Assembly: GCF_000150275.1 (NCBI RefSeq)
Contig: NW_002060952.1
Span: 1,168,452 to 1,232,451 of the forward strand
DNA from: Trichoplax adhaerens
Taxonomy: Eukaryota; Animalia; Placozoa
DNA: 64,000 bases
Direction of reading: 5' to 3'
This document shows positions 25,142 through 37,892 of the stretch, piece by piece. Position numbers and translations under genes: made by a program. Below the pieces are notes generated by a model. The model ran no database searches. It saw only the letters and a program-made list of their open reading frames with translations, and was not told where the DNA came from. Position 1 is the first letter of the stretch, and every line of letters begins with the position of its first letter.

Positions 25142-26033
25142 ATGCCTGGAAATTATTTTAACATCTACAAATTTCGATAATCTCAAGATGGTTTCTGGTA
25201 GAATTTTAACTGTAGCACTGGTAATAAATATGCGATTTTCTATGCAAACTTATCGTTTGACTTATAAGGATTTGTCGTAAACATTTTCAGTTGCTGAATT
25301 ATAACGATTCGTTCTGTATTATGCCAACCATTCAATTACTTAATTTTGAGCTTATCATTCTCTGATTTATTGGTTTCAGCAGCAATGAGGGTAACCGATA
25401 TATTATTACATTACCTAACCTTTACTGGTTTCATATCCTATCAGAATGCCAAGATCTTTTGTACTGTTAATAGTGTTACTGTAGTAATAGTATTGCAAGG
25501 TACTTGCTTGACGTTACTGCTTATGGTTATTGAACACTATCAAGCTGTTATAGATATTCGTCTTTTGTAAAATTTTCTTAATGATATAGTTGATATTGAC
25601 TTCACTAGCTATTATTTCCACTATGTAATTATGATTTATTAATTACCGGTATGATAGTATTTGGCATAACATGTATTCTTTCTATAGCAGCAATTTTAAT
25701 TGTATAAGGGGAAATAGTTTATAAGTTAGCTCATGAAATGGCATTTACTCAATCATCTCCATCAATGATCGTTAATAATCAACACCATCATCCTAACTTT
25801 TACAAGAAATTTTTATCTTCTTTTAGCTCTTAGAGATACGTTCCACATTTAACACCAGTTATTAATCCATTTTTTTACAATTTAGCTAACAGTAAGCTTC
25901 GAAAGTTTTGCACTAGTTAGCGTGCCATTACCAGTCCTCAATCTTTCATAAAAGTTGCATTCCGATAAAGCCTGTACCTGTAAAAGTATAAAAATCTGGT
26001 ATCAATAACACATATGCTTAAATGTAAATGTGA
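25142..26033 (+). pseudogene. Heavily degraded GPCR pseudogene (subfamily B)
   Basis: Recognisable pieces: IILTSTNFDNLKMVS (cf. 13794 N-terminus), SLSFSDLLVS, CLTLLLMVIEHYQAV, LTPVINPFFYNLANSKLRK; multiple stops, frameshifts and deletions. Confidence 0.88.
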
Positions 26034-27476
26034 TATTAATTATCAACTTTATATGATTAAAGGCAAACTCAAAAGTAAAAGTAGATGATAGACCAATCGC
26101 TTAAATGATGACTTTGATTTTTGGCCCATTTTTAAGATTATTAGCTTATACTTATATTGTAAGATATAGCACTGCAATTTGTGTAATGGTACACAATTTT
26201 TTTAAATATTATGACACTGTCAATAAAGTATATTACATAATATATATATATGTTATATATATGCTCTTGTCTCAAAAGATACATCAGAGATATTTCTGGA
26301 TCTTCTCCTATCTCAAACTACTTATATTATCGAGATAAGTTCTCCATAGCAATTAATCGTATGAACTTCTTCCTTAAGTTTCACGGAAGAAACAATATGG
26401 ATTGTCTTCTTACCTGTACTATAAATGATAAAAGGATAACTCTTTTTATTGTGAAATTTACTCGCTTATATACCGCCTATAAATCAATATTCCTCTTATA
26501 TACAGAGCATATACAAAAATATTAATACTAATAAACGACATTAGTATTGCATATTCTTGGATTGAATTAGTATAACCTATTGTCTTGTACATTAAAGTGC
26601 GCATATAACTCGAAATAAGTCATGAGCAAGACACGATATGGCCTTTGAACTCACTTAGAAATCAAATATCTAACTTGATTCACTTTTTCTTACTGGAAAA
26701 TGAATTAGTTTTGCAATCTGTAACCCTAATGAGCATAGCTTGACTTTGACTATACTAGACTACTAGCCTGTCTCCTAAATGTTGTTTCAGTTCAGTCAGC
26801 TACAATAAGAAACAAATAGAAACTGTCCAAAGTATTTTAAAATGTTAACAAAAGATTTCAAAGATTTTAGAACTTTAAAACATTCTATTCTCTCTCGTGA
26901 CAGGTAATCTGAGTCGAAATCAATCTTTATGAACATCAATATATAGATTTTTAAAACCCTTTCACCAACCATTTGCAGGAATTTGAATTACGATCCAACC
27001 AATAGACTCAACCAAATGGCAGCAAATTATCCAAAATACATGGAAACAACTTCTTTTGACACGGTCAATTTCAGTTAGCAATTTATAGAGTATTGTAAAT
27101 ATCTGAAGCTGAAACTTAATACAGGGTATCAATATTATTTATTACTACCACACTTAGATATAATTATAAAGCTAAGCCGATTTAACAGTAGCGGATATCG
27201 CATAAACTTTGGTACGGGCAGTCTTGAACATCTGAATGTAAAATTATCAAAAATGTCACGCTTATTACTGTGATCTGTATTATATTAACTTTTCATTATT
27301 TTTTGCAACTTATTTACTTAACCTTGTGTAATTATCTTCATTAATACTGGAAATATTAAATTATTTCTTTTTAACAGTGAGATAAAGTTTAACATCATTA
27401 AATAAAGGGAATGTTACTATTCTACTAAAGAAAAATAGGCTTCTTCTAGTTTCATTATCGGATGATAATAAATCTG

Positions 27477-28026
27477 TGTGATATATACCAATCACGAAAT
27501 TCCAAATTTTAGAAAAATTAGGGCTTTATTCAATCTTATACAAAGATTAACTACACAACTCTACTCTAGCCGAATACTACTTCTAAAGACTTCTACAACG
27601 AACTAACAGAATAAGCTAAAGTTGCATGCTTTTATACTTTCCGTAGCATTCGCAGCTACAATCCGCATGGCAACCTTTTACCTTATTTTACACATAGTTA
27701 AATTATTCTTAGTAAGACTATTCTACTGCGGACCATCATTAATCCAATATGGATACGACTACAGTACTTACGTAGACATTATTCACATCAGCCAAAGTAC
27801 AATGAATTAACCATATCCTAATATATGATTTACAGTTCTATTTTTACCTACAGCCATATTAGTAACTCAACAGCTTACTGTATATAGTCATCTGTACTCT
27901 AGCATAGAGTCTCTACCACTACAGTCTATAGTTACAGCTACCAAATATCTCTTAGGATAAATATCTACTGTACATTATACTACACATGGCTAACAGTCTA
28001 CAATCACAATACTAAGTTACATTACA
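27477..28026 (-). mobile_element. Solo LTR, family 3 (550 bp)
   Basis: TGTGAT...ATTACA; exact TSD ATCTG (27472-27476 / 28027-28031); minus-strand TATAAAA (about 27635) then AATAAA (about 27528); absent at paralogous sites (about 31170, 40040); further copies at 42718 and 44172. Confidence 0.88.
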
Positions 28027-28448
28027 ATCTGTTATGTAAATACTAAAAAATTTATTAATTTATGGTCCTCTCATAAATATATTTTTAGAGAAATTTATTT
28101 TCAAATGGTCTTTTACTGACATTATATATGGACCTCTTCGGTTAATTTAAATCGTAATTTTATTGTTTTGTAACTAGATTTATTTAATATTTATTACTTT
28201 CGGACTACAATAGGATTTGTAAACAAGTCTTAAGTAGGAATATCCTTAATTAGTGCTCGGTTTTATTTTATTAGCCGCTATTAATGTCATTATACATATA
28301 CCGGAAAATTTATTTTCAACCATGTTTTTATTTATGATAGATTCCTACCTGCCTTTAATTTTAAAAGCCAAGTTTACTGGTCTTACCGAATCTTATGATA
28401 GCTTCGTAACTTTTTATCAGAGGAATAACTTTAACGTTCAGTCTACTC

Positions 28449-29495
28449 ATGATGCTTTACAATAACTTTTCCAACTTTACCACGAACATTGCATTAGCAT
28501 CTTTCTACAGTAAAGCAATACCTGGTGTAATTGGATTGATTTTAAACATACTCGTTTGTTTAATTATATGCACTCACTCTTCATTACGTCAACCGTTTAC
28601 CTATTTCATTTTGAATCTATCTTTTTCTGATCTGTTGGTTTCTTTAACTGTCATGATAAGTGGTATCTTGGATTATTCTACTATAGCTGGTTTTACTACT
28701 TATCAAAACGCCTACATCCTATGTGCGGCTAATACTGCTATCGTACTAACAATATTACCTGGTGCTTGCTTAACGTTATTGGTGATGAGTTTTGAACGAT
28801 ATCAAGCTGTTGCAGTTATTCGTCTTCGTAAAATAAAATTAACGACAGTACTCAAAATTATCTTAATCATATGGTTGGCAGCTATTGTATCAGCAGTTAT
28901 ACCCACCGTTTATGTTAAGTTTAATAATTACTATCCGAATGTTTGTACTATTGGTCGAATAGATAATTATACTCTGTTAATAATCTCTATCATATTATTT
29001 AGTGCAACTTGTATTCTTCCAATCATTATAATGTTGATCATATATGGTTTGATAATTTATAAATTAATCTATAGCAAGCAAATTGTTAAAATAGGTCCTT
29101 CATCTATTATAAATAATAGAGAAAAAAACATTCGGCGTACTATTTTTCCAGTTTTACTTATTTCAGTCTTTACGACTGCTTCTAGTGTTCCATATATATT
29201 ATTGTGTTATTACACTCTAATTAATGAATATTATTATCCATACTTCAGAGAGTCATTTCTTAGAAAATATTATCGTCTTTGGATTTTTGCTGCTATGTGG
29301 TATATCTTAACACCTATTGTTAATCCGTTTTTATATAACTTAGCTAGCAGTAAGTTCCGGAAGATTTTGCATTCACTACTATGTTATAGGCGGCGTTCAC
29401 TCTTTCATACAAAAATAGTTTGGATAAAACCAATTTCCGGACAAGGATTCGATTCAAGTAGCAAAGATTCTCAAGTTACATTAATGCGAAAGTGA
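28449..29495 (+). CDS. Intronless class A GPCR, 348 aa (subfamily C)
   Basis: 7TM; NLSFSD, SFERY, ECL2 Cys, LP..Y, NPFLY, KFRK. Confidence 0.93.
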   Translation: MMLYNNFSNFTTNIALASFYSKAIPGVIGLILNILVCLIICTHSSLRQPFTYFILNLSFSDLLVSLTVMISGILDYSTIAGFTTYQNAYILCAANTAIVLTILPGACLTLLVMSFERYQAVAVIRLRKIKLTTVLKIILIIWLAAIVSAVIPTVYVKFNNYYPNVCTIGRIDNYTLLIISIILFSATCILPIIIMLIIYGLIIYKLIYSKQIVKIGPSSIINNREKNIRRTIFPVLLISVFTTASSVPYILLCYYTLINEYYYPYFRESFLRKYYRLWIFAAMWYILTPIVNPFLYNLASSKFRKILHSLLCYRRRSLFHTKIVWIKPISGQGFDSSSKDSQVTLMRK

Positions 29496-29527
29496 TATTA
29501 ATAATCCATTTGATAATAAACTACCGC

Positions 29528-29850
29528 TGTGTGCAATAAGTTACCTTAATAAAGATATCTTTACAGTCTATTTCAACTATACATCAAATATAGCGCACAT
29601 TATTTACAATACATAACAGTCTCGATATTTCCTACAATCATTTTTTATTGCATAGTCTATTATGGTAAATGTCGTATCTAATTTTATAATCCTATTCTCT
29701 GCATGCGTTCTATCTCGAAGCCTACAAGAGTAAATACTGATGGCTTCTATTTCAGACTTGTTAGCTGCGCTTGTTAGTGTTAGTATCTAAGCAAGTTACT
29801 TCACGATAGCTTACACGCTCATATAGAAAAACAATTACAGCCATGTCAGC
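29528..29850 (+). mobile_element. Partial LTR-like relic homologous to 41570-42187
   Basis: Shared blocks ctacaatcat, ttatggta.atgt.gtatctaatt, aatcctattctctgcatg, taaatactg, agctt.cacgct; ends uncertain. Confidence 0.55.
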
Positions 29851-30568
29851 ACTTATTCGTATTTGCCGTAGAATATAAAGAGGCTCTCTAACAATCCGAA
29901 TAAGCATCTTCGATTCTGCCTAATTTAAACCAATACCTTAATTTATAGCGCTAGTACCTATTAAATTATGTCTTTCACATAAAATTTATGATAAACTGGT
30001 TTATCTTATATCGATTTCATATATGAAAGTAGGTACGAAGCTTGAGGAAACTCGATCTCTTTTCTTTGCACAAGTCTAACGCTATACTAAAACACTTTAT
30101 GCCGCGTATAGTATCTTATCTAAAGTATCTTTCGGTGTAAAATTTATTACATATATAATACAACAAACAAATTAATAGGGCTGCATTTAACCTTTTTTCA
30201 ATGCTTAAAAGTAAACGGTACTTGACATAATTACCAATTGTGTTTTAAATCGCATTATAGTGTAAAATTGATAGTGTTGCAAATTTCTATCTGAAGTTAA
30301 TATTGTATTTTGCGAAAAGAAGCTGTACTCGTGAATAATTATTTACGCAAGAATCATTTAATTCTGCATTATAAATAATTAATTTATAAAGTATGGCCCA
30401 TATATATATATAATATAACCGATATATACAATACAAACTAATCTCGTGAAAAGGTTACATGCAATAGCTACTGTGTCTAGTAATCAATGAATGCTTTATA
30501 GCAGATTTTACTGGATTCTCCAATAATAAAGATAGGCTTCTACTATAAGTACAGTAGCTTCATGAAGT

Positions 30569-30693
30569 TGTATAGTCCGATTTCAGTTATATAGTCCTAG
30601 GTAGTTGTAAGATGAATTTAATCTTATGTAATTAAGTGAAGTTTACAAAAAGCTGTAGTTCTTGTTTTGTTTTTGAGAAGACACTTTATCTCA
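30569..30693 (+). mobile_element. Mini solo-LTR-like element (125 bp), family 2
   Basis: TG...CA; exact TSD GAAGT (30564-30568 / 30694-30698); empty site gaagtttaca in the paralogous unit at about 35957. Confidence 0.85.
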
Positions 30694-31485
30694 GAAGTTT
30701 ACACAAATTTTCGTAGCCAGTCACCGTCAAAAACCTTTCTCAAAGAATAAACTATTATTAATAGCGAGTAAATGTATAATAGTAATTCTAAAATAAAAAT
30801 GATGTTACTCCTAATGTATTTGGTTAGGTCTCCGGCGTTATTTTTATATCAGACTGTAATTTGAAAATGTCCGAAAATAAACCGTGAAAAATGAATAGTC
30901 TTGAACTACTGATTGTAAAACAATCGAAAACAAGCATGAGAAAGGATGTCATATCTATCGCTATGATCTATAATATAATGACTTTCTATTGCTTTATACA
31001 ACTTATTTACTTAACCTTGTGTAATTATCTTCATTAATACTGGTAATATTAATAATTTTATAACTTTATAAATAGTGAGATAAAGATTTGTGTCCTAAAG
31101 TAAAAGGAATGCCACTATTTAATTTACAAGATGAACACAGACTTCTTCGAGTCTCATTGCATCTTATAATAACTTTTATTACGTAAGTAGTAAAAAACTC
31201 CGTTATTTGTGGTTCTCTTCCAATTATATTTCTAGATAAATTTATTTTCAAATTGTCTTTACTGACATTATTTCTCAACCCCTTTGGTTGTTTTAAATAT
31301 AGTCTTAGTTTTGACAACTACATTCATTTAATATTTATTACTTTCGGACTATAATAGGATTTATAAACAAGTCTTAACGAGGAATATCCTTAATTAGTGG
31401 AAATTTATTTTCAACCATGTTTTATTTACGATAGATTCCCACCGCCTTTAATTTTAAAGAGTCAAGCTGACTATAGGTTTATGGG

Positions 31486-32033
31486 TGTAGCAAAGTAGCC
31501 TTCGCATAGAAGTAATCGCTGGGCTTGCATGATGTAACTGAAAGTGGGTATGCCAGTCGAATATATATAAAAGATGTGGGTAATTGCTATGTTTGGTAGA
31601 TTAGTATTATGGTATTGTTTTGATAACAATATTTACCTATTATGCTATGAATACTTATAAATATAGATATGTTATGTTAATAACATCCTGTTGTGTCATA
31701 AGAATCGTATTGTAATACTAGATAGGATAACTATGAGCTATAAGATTAATTCTATACTAATCTCATAGATAAGATTTAGCGTAACCTGGCATAAATTTTG
31801 TTTATGTTATAATCATGATCGATCGTTGTCGAATTTATATAAGCTAAAGGGATTTAATTCTCTTGGAATTCTCTCTTACTCTCCTATCGTTCAGCAAGGT
31901 GTAATACTATACTGTTAGGCTAATACTATTACCATAACTGAATTCGTAATAAAGGCTTAGCCTAAGCTTGGTTATTGTGTTAATGATTGTGTAATAGTAA
32001 ATAGTATTTGCAGGAAAGATACCCTTTATTACA
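31486..32033 (+). mobile_element. Solo LTR, family 4 (548 bp), 63 bp upstream of the GPCR ATG
   Basis: TGTA...TACA; TATATAA at 31836, AATAAA at 31948; absent in paralogues 28449, 36899 and 40458; TSD degenerate (ATGGG/CTGGA); ends resemble 60624-60960. Confidence 0.8.
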
Positions 32034-32096
32034 CTGGATACTGTGATAGCTTCGTAACTTTTTATCAGAGGAATAACTTTAACGTTCAGTCTACTC

Positions 32097-33122
32097 ATGA
32101 TGCTTTACAATAACTTTTCCAACTTTACCACGAACATTGCATTAGCATCTTTCTACAGTAAAGCAATACCTGGTGTAATTGGATTGATTTTAAACATACT
32201 CGTTTGTTTAATTATATGCACTCACTCTTCATTACGTCAACCGTTTACCTATTTCATTTTGAATCTATCTTTTTCTGATCTGTTGGTTTCTTTAACTGTC
32301 ATGATAAGTGGTATCTTGGATTATTCTACTATAGCTGGTTTTACTACTTATCAAAACGCCTACATCCTATGTGCGGCTAATACTGCTATCGTACTAACAA
32401 TATTACCTGGTGCTTGCTTAACGTTATTGGTGATGAGTTTTGAACGATATCAAGCTGTTGCAGTTATTCGTCTTCGTAAAATAAAATTAACGACAGTACT
32501 CAAAATTATCTTAATCATATGGTTGACAGCTATTGTATCAGCAGTTATACCTACCGTTTATGTTAAGTTTAATAATTACTATCCGAATGTTTGTACTATT
32601 GGTCGAATAGATAATTATACTCTGTTAATAATCTCTATCATATTATTTAGTACAACTAGTATTCTTCCAATCATTATAATGTTGATCATATATGGTTTGA
32701 TAATTTATAAATTAATCTATAGCAAGCAAGTTGTTAAAATAGGTCCTTCATCTATTACAAATAATAGAGAAAAAAACATTCGGCGTACTATTTTTCCAGT
32801 TTTACTTATTTCAGTCTTTACGACTGCTTCTAGTGTTCCATATATATTATTGTGCTATTACACTCTAATTAATGAATACTATTATCCATACTTCAGAGAG
32901 TCATTTCTTAGAAAATATTATCGTCTTTGGATTTTTGCTGCTATGTGGTATATCTTAACACCTATTGTTAATCCATTTTTATATAACTTAGCTAGCAGTA
33001 AGTTCCGGAAGATTTTGCATTCACTACTATGTTATAGGCGGCGTTCACTCTTTCATACAAAAATAGTTTGGATAAAACCAATTTCCAGAGAATTATTCGA
33101 TTCTAGTAGAAAAACTTCTTGA
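32097..33122 (+). CDS. Intronless class A GPCR, 341 aa (subfamily C), near-identical to 28449
   Basis: Differs from 28449 at only a handful of residues before the C-tail; CAA to TGA shortens the tail by 7 aa. Confidence 0.92.
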   Translation: MMLYNNFSNFTTNIALASFYSKAIPGVIGLILNILVCLIICTHSSLRQPFTYFILNLSFSDLLVSLTVMISGILDYSTIAGFTTYQNAYILCAANTAIVLTILPGACLTLLVMSFERYQAVAVIRLRKIKLTTVLKIILIIWLTAIVSAVIPTVYVKFNNYYPNVCTIGRIDNYTLLIISIILFSTTSILPIIIMLIIYGLIIYKLIYSKQVVKIGPSSITNNREKNIRRTIFPVLLISVFTTASSVPYILLCYYTLINEYYYPYFRESFLRKYYRLWIFAAMWYILTPIVNPFLYNLASSKFRKILHSLLCYRRRSLFHTKIVWIKPISRELFDSSRKTS

Positions 33123-34529
33123 GTTACATTAACGCAAGAGTGACATTAATTATCCACTTAATGACAGAATATATCCTTAAATTTTTCACATCTTTTTTAC
33201 ATATATCTTCTCACTCTGGTAAAGACTTTGATTGTATGTTAATATACTTAACGTCTATCCGGTCTAATACTTGCTATTGTATGCAATATCAAAGAAAAAA
33301 CATTCTGCTTCGTAGTTAATCATGGAGTGAGGGCAAATAATAACAATATCGCCAATCGCTAGGAGATTTAAAGTGCAGCCTAGTATGAAACTAATACACG
33401 TTACAATGAGCATAATCCATTCACTGAATAAAGTTTAAAGAGATCAAATTTCGAAGCTACTTTCAGCTTTCAACATTCTAAAGTAAAACGCAGTAGTAGA
33501 TAACTGCCTTAGTATTTCTATCACATGTACACAACTAATCGATAAAATCTACGGACTATTTATAGTAATAGTAAATCTCAGAACAAAACTTCAGAAAAAA
33601 CTTTATCATATAATGTCACTGGCTCTACTTTATATTAGTTGCGTATACGGGATCTTATTTAATTGTCTTTAATAGTTTATCAGAAAAAATCTTCATCTCT
33701 AATAAAAATTGATTTGACATTAAATTACGTATATCTACTATAGTAGATAGTATTTGTCGATAAGAATAATCAAATTTTAGATGTGCTTTTCGAAAATAAA
33801 ATAGGTGCTACGAAAACTTGCATTAACTTCTCTCTCATGAACGGAAATACTTATATAATACTGTAAGGGAATATGTTATTCTAGCTTAAATAGTAGATCA
33901 AATTATAGTGCTTACATATTAATCCTTAAAACTAAAGTATTTGTCGTTATGGAGATAAATTAGGACCTAGCAGCCAAAAAGTATTAGCCCAATCCATTGT
34001 GATAAACTGCAATTTTACCGTCGTCATACGCACTTGACACCAAATAAAGTAAGATTAAGGTTAATGGAGATATAGTATAATCTAGGAACGATGGCTAATT
34101 TCTCCAAGAAAGACTAACATACAGATATATTTGGTACCAAATGGGTTACTGCCTGGATCTGATTTATTTAGAATTAGCCCAGGTCATAAATTTAAAAATC
34201 ATTGCTAAGTCATGGGTGAATATGTTCATTTTGAACATTTCTACTATGCAAAGAATACTTAGCTTTTGATTGATATGTATTCTAAATAATTGATACTACT
34301 GAACCGATTATGATCACTGCAATAAGGTTTTATGTTAGTAGAGAATGTAAAGCTGTATTAGAATCTTTGACTGGATCTCAGAATAGAAAATTAAATTCAA
34401 CTGATTGACTTCACTAAAACAAACTACTTCAGAAATGTACTACTTTAGCTTTGCAATAAAAGAATCGTATTAAATGGATGATTTTATTCACTAATTAGGG
34501 AGAACGTTTTAACATTATCAATCACAATA

Positions 34530-35092
34530 TCAGAGAATAATTTATACTTCAATTACAATATGTTGAATAAAGCAATATGAAAAATATGCAAGTTTAAATC
34601 TTCTTGCTTGCTAAAAAAGTAATCCTAATAAATGTTGACATTTTTGCTCTAAATTATATAGCAGGGTAAGTAGTTGAAAAAATCCGAAATTACTTAGCCA
34701 CCATTTTTTCAAATTACGCTAGATTAATATTATTTGAACTTAGAACTTAATGACATATGTTCGTGAGTACTAGCTGTAGCAGTGCGACATTTATAATTAA
34801 AGTCGTTGGAAATAGCGGAACAGAATTGGCATATAGCCATCTATCAAAGAGGAATAGCGTGATCAAAGGTTAATTAAGAGGAATAGCAACTTAATATTAG
34901 ATAATAAGAACTACACTAATCTGTTATCATATGCCTTCAAAATAACGAAAAAGGAAATGCTCTCAATAAAATATGAATTAAAGACTCTAAAAGGTCATTG
35001 TGTTATATGATTTTGTTACACGCTATGAATCGTTGCAGTTTATAACTAAAGTAAAGAAACAGTCGAGAAGGTATTAAACTAAGAAAAAATGC
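34530..35092 (+). repeat. Duplicated non-coding segment (homologue at about 45660-46220)
   Basis: Colinear matches such as gaaattactta, aaattac.ctagatt, aatgacata, cttcaaaata.cgaaa, cgctatgaatcgttg, gaaacagt. Confidence 0.7.
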
Positions 35093-35142
35093 NNNNNNNN
35101 NNNNNNNNNNNNNNNNNNNNNNNNNNNNNNNNNNNNNNNNNN
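35093..35142. other. Assembly gap (50 N)
   Basis: Run of N. Confidence 1.
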
Positions 35143-36898
35143 TGAGCAGCTAAGCTAGTGTTCGGCTTTTTATAGTCTCGGCCGACGCCGATGGAGCACT
35201 TGTGAATATTCTTGACATAGCGACTTACACGTACAGTATACATATCCTATTTTAGGAGTTCAGTTAGAAGAAGGTAACATAGATCAGTATAAGTCAACGC
35301 TAGTTAACATTAAATGAATTAATGAGCCAATTAGAGCCTCAAGGCAGAAATCGACGCTCGTCTATTATTTCATGTAATTTAGTTAAATAACGCGTGAAAT
35401 TTAGATATTAAAAGGAGTTTTGGTTTGATTTATTTTTTGCGTGTAAATTTTTAGTTAAATCAGGACAAAATTTCGGATGTATTGTTAAGAATGAGTAAGC
35501 TATTAACAATTCCGGTTTGGTTTCATAGGTTTCTGAGGATTTACTGGAATAGCTTAATATTGCTCTGAGACGATCGCAAATGAACGAAATTAAATTAGAT
35601 CGAAGTTGCTAAGTCTTTCCATTTTGCTTTTCTAATATTAAATTATTATGGTATATGAAGAAAGTCAATTATAAAACGTAAAATCAATGCTATATCATTA
35701 CTTAGAAGTAAATGGTGCTTAATATAATTTTTAATCATTTTTAATAAGGCACATTATAATATAGAATTTACAGTATTATAAATTTCTATCTGAAATTAAT
35801 ACCGTATTTTGCGAAAACAAGCTGGATACGTGAATAAGCCACGCAAGACTTATATGATTCTACATTATAAATAATTAACGAATTTATAGTACAGCAGATT
35901 TTACTGGATTCTCTGATAAAAAGGATGGGCTTCTATTATTTACACATAAGCTCCACGAAGTTTACAGAGACTTTGGGTGCCGGTTGCCAATCGTTATCGA
36001 AACTTCACCTTAATGAATAGCCTATTGTTAATAGTGAGTAAATTCATAATAAGTTTTGTAGATAACCCTTAAATGCCTATAGGCATGTTTAATTTCACTG
36101 CTACTTACCGGTACCTTATTAATCTCTTATGTAATAAATTGTAAACAAATTATCTACCTAATTTCATAACATAAAAATTTATTTCATTATTAAATGATCT
36201 TATGTAACACCTTGCCATTTGGTAACCAATCAACTTATTACATATACAATCTAAAATAAAAATGATGTTACTGCTAATATGCTTGGTGAGGTTTCTGGCT
36301 TTATTTTATTTCAAACTGTAATTTGAAAATGTCTGAAAATAAATCGCGATAAATGAGTATTCTTGAACTACTGATGAAAAATTATCAATACTTATCTTTA
36401 TTATCTATAATATAATAACTATCCATTACTTTTTGCAAGTTATTTACTCAATCTTAAGTAGTTATTTTTATTAATATTGGTAATATTAAAAAACTTTTCA
36501 AATACTGAGATAAAGTTGCGCGCCACAAAATAAAAAAAATGTCATTATCTATTTTATTAGATTAAAACAGACTTCTGCAAGTCTCATTGTGTCTGATAAT
36601 AAGTAGATTTATTACACCAATATTAAATACTCCATTAATTTATGGTTCTCCTCCAAATTTATCTCTAGACAGATTTATTTTTAAATTATTTTTACTGATA
36701 ATATATCTTGGCCGCTTCGATCTTTTCAAATCATGGTCTTAAAAGTGCTCTAGAAATTTATTTTTAACCATATTTAATAATGATAGATTACCACCTGCCT
36801 TTAGATTTTAACAGTGAAGCTTACTATTAGTTTTACCAGATACTATGCTAGCTTCATAACTTTTTATCTGAGGGATAATTTTAACGTTCAATCTACTC

Positions 36899-37892
36899 AC
36901 GGTGCTTTACTATAACTTTTCCAACTTTACCACGAACATTGCACTTATATATTTTTACAAAGAAGTATTCATAGATGCAACTGGACTGATTTTGAACATG
37001 TTCGTATGTTTAATTATATGCACTCATTCTGCATTACGTCAACCGTTTACCTATTTAATTTCGAATCTATCTTTTTCTGATCTATTTGTTTCTTTAACCC
37101 TCTTAGTAAATGGTATCTTAGATTATTCTACTATAGCTAGTTTTACTACTTATCAAAACACCTACATCCTATGCACGGCTAATGCTGCAAGCTGTTGCAG
37201 TTATTCGTCTTAGTAAAATAAAATTTACGACAGTACATAAAATTATCTTAATTATATGGTTGGCTGCTATTACATCAGCAATTATACCCACTGCTTATGT
37301 TACGTTTTATAATTGCTATACGAATCTTTGCACCATTTATCGAATAAATGATTATATAATTATACTTTGCTAATAATCTCCGTCATATTATTTGGTACAA
37401 CTTGTATCCTTCCAATTATTATAATGTTTATCACATATGGGTTAATAATTTATAAATTAATCTATTAAAAATGCGGTGTTGAAATAGGTCCATCATTAAT
37501 TACAAATAATAGAAATAATATTCGGCGCGCTATTTTTCCAGGCTTATTTACTTCAATCTTTACAATTGCATCTATGATTCCATTTACAATCGTATATGAT
37601 TGAGTTACTGTACATTAATTAAGGAATACCATTATCCATACTTCGGAGAGTCATTTATTAGAATTGTTATCGTCTTTTAATTTTTATTGATATCTTATAT
37701 ATCTAAACACCTATTGTTAATCCATTTTTACATATTTTAACTAGCAGTAAGTTCAAGAAGATTTTGCATTCATTAATATATTATAGTCGGCGTTTACTCT
37801 TTCATATAAATATAATTTGGGTAGAATCAATTTATAGAGAAGTATGCGATTCAATTAGCAAAACTTCTCAAGTTGCATTAATGCGAAAGTGA
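36899..37892 (+). pseudogene. GPCR pseudogene (subfamily C)
   Basis: ATGATG start changed to ACGGTG; 65-bp deletion at about 37188 removes most of TM3 including ERY; in-frame TAA at about 37466; further indels. Confidence 0.92.

Noticed and set aside
33940-34270. Slightly GC-richer, exon-like stretch (similar ones at about 38050-38630 and 54500-54830)
   Set aside because: The frames I translated contain stops and I recognised no protein family; a BLASTX would be needed.
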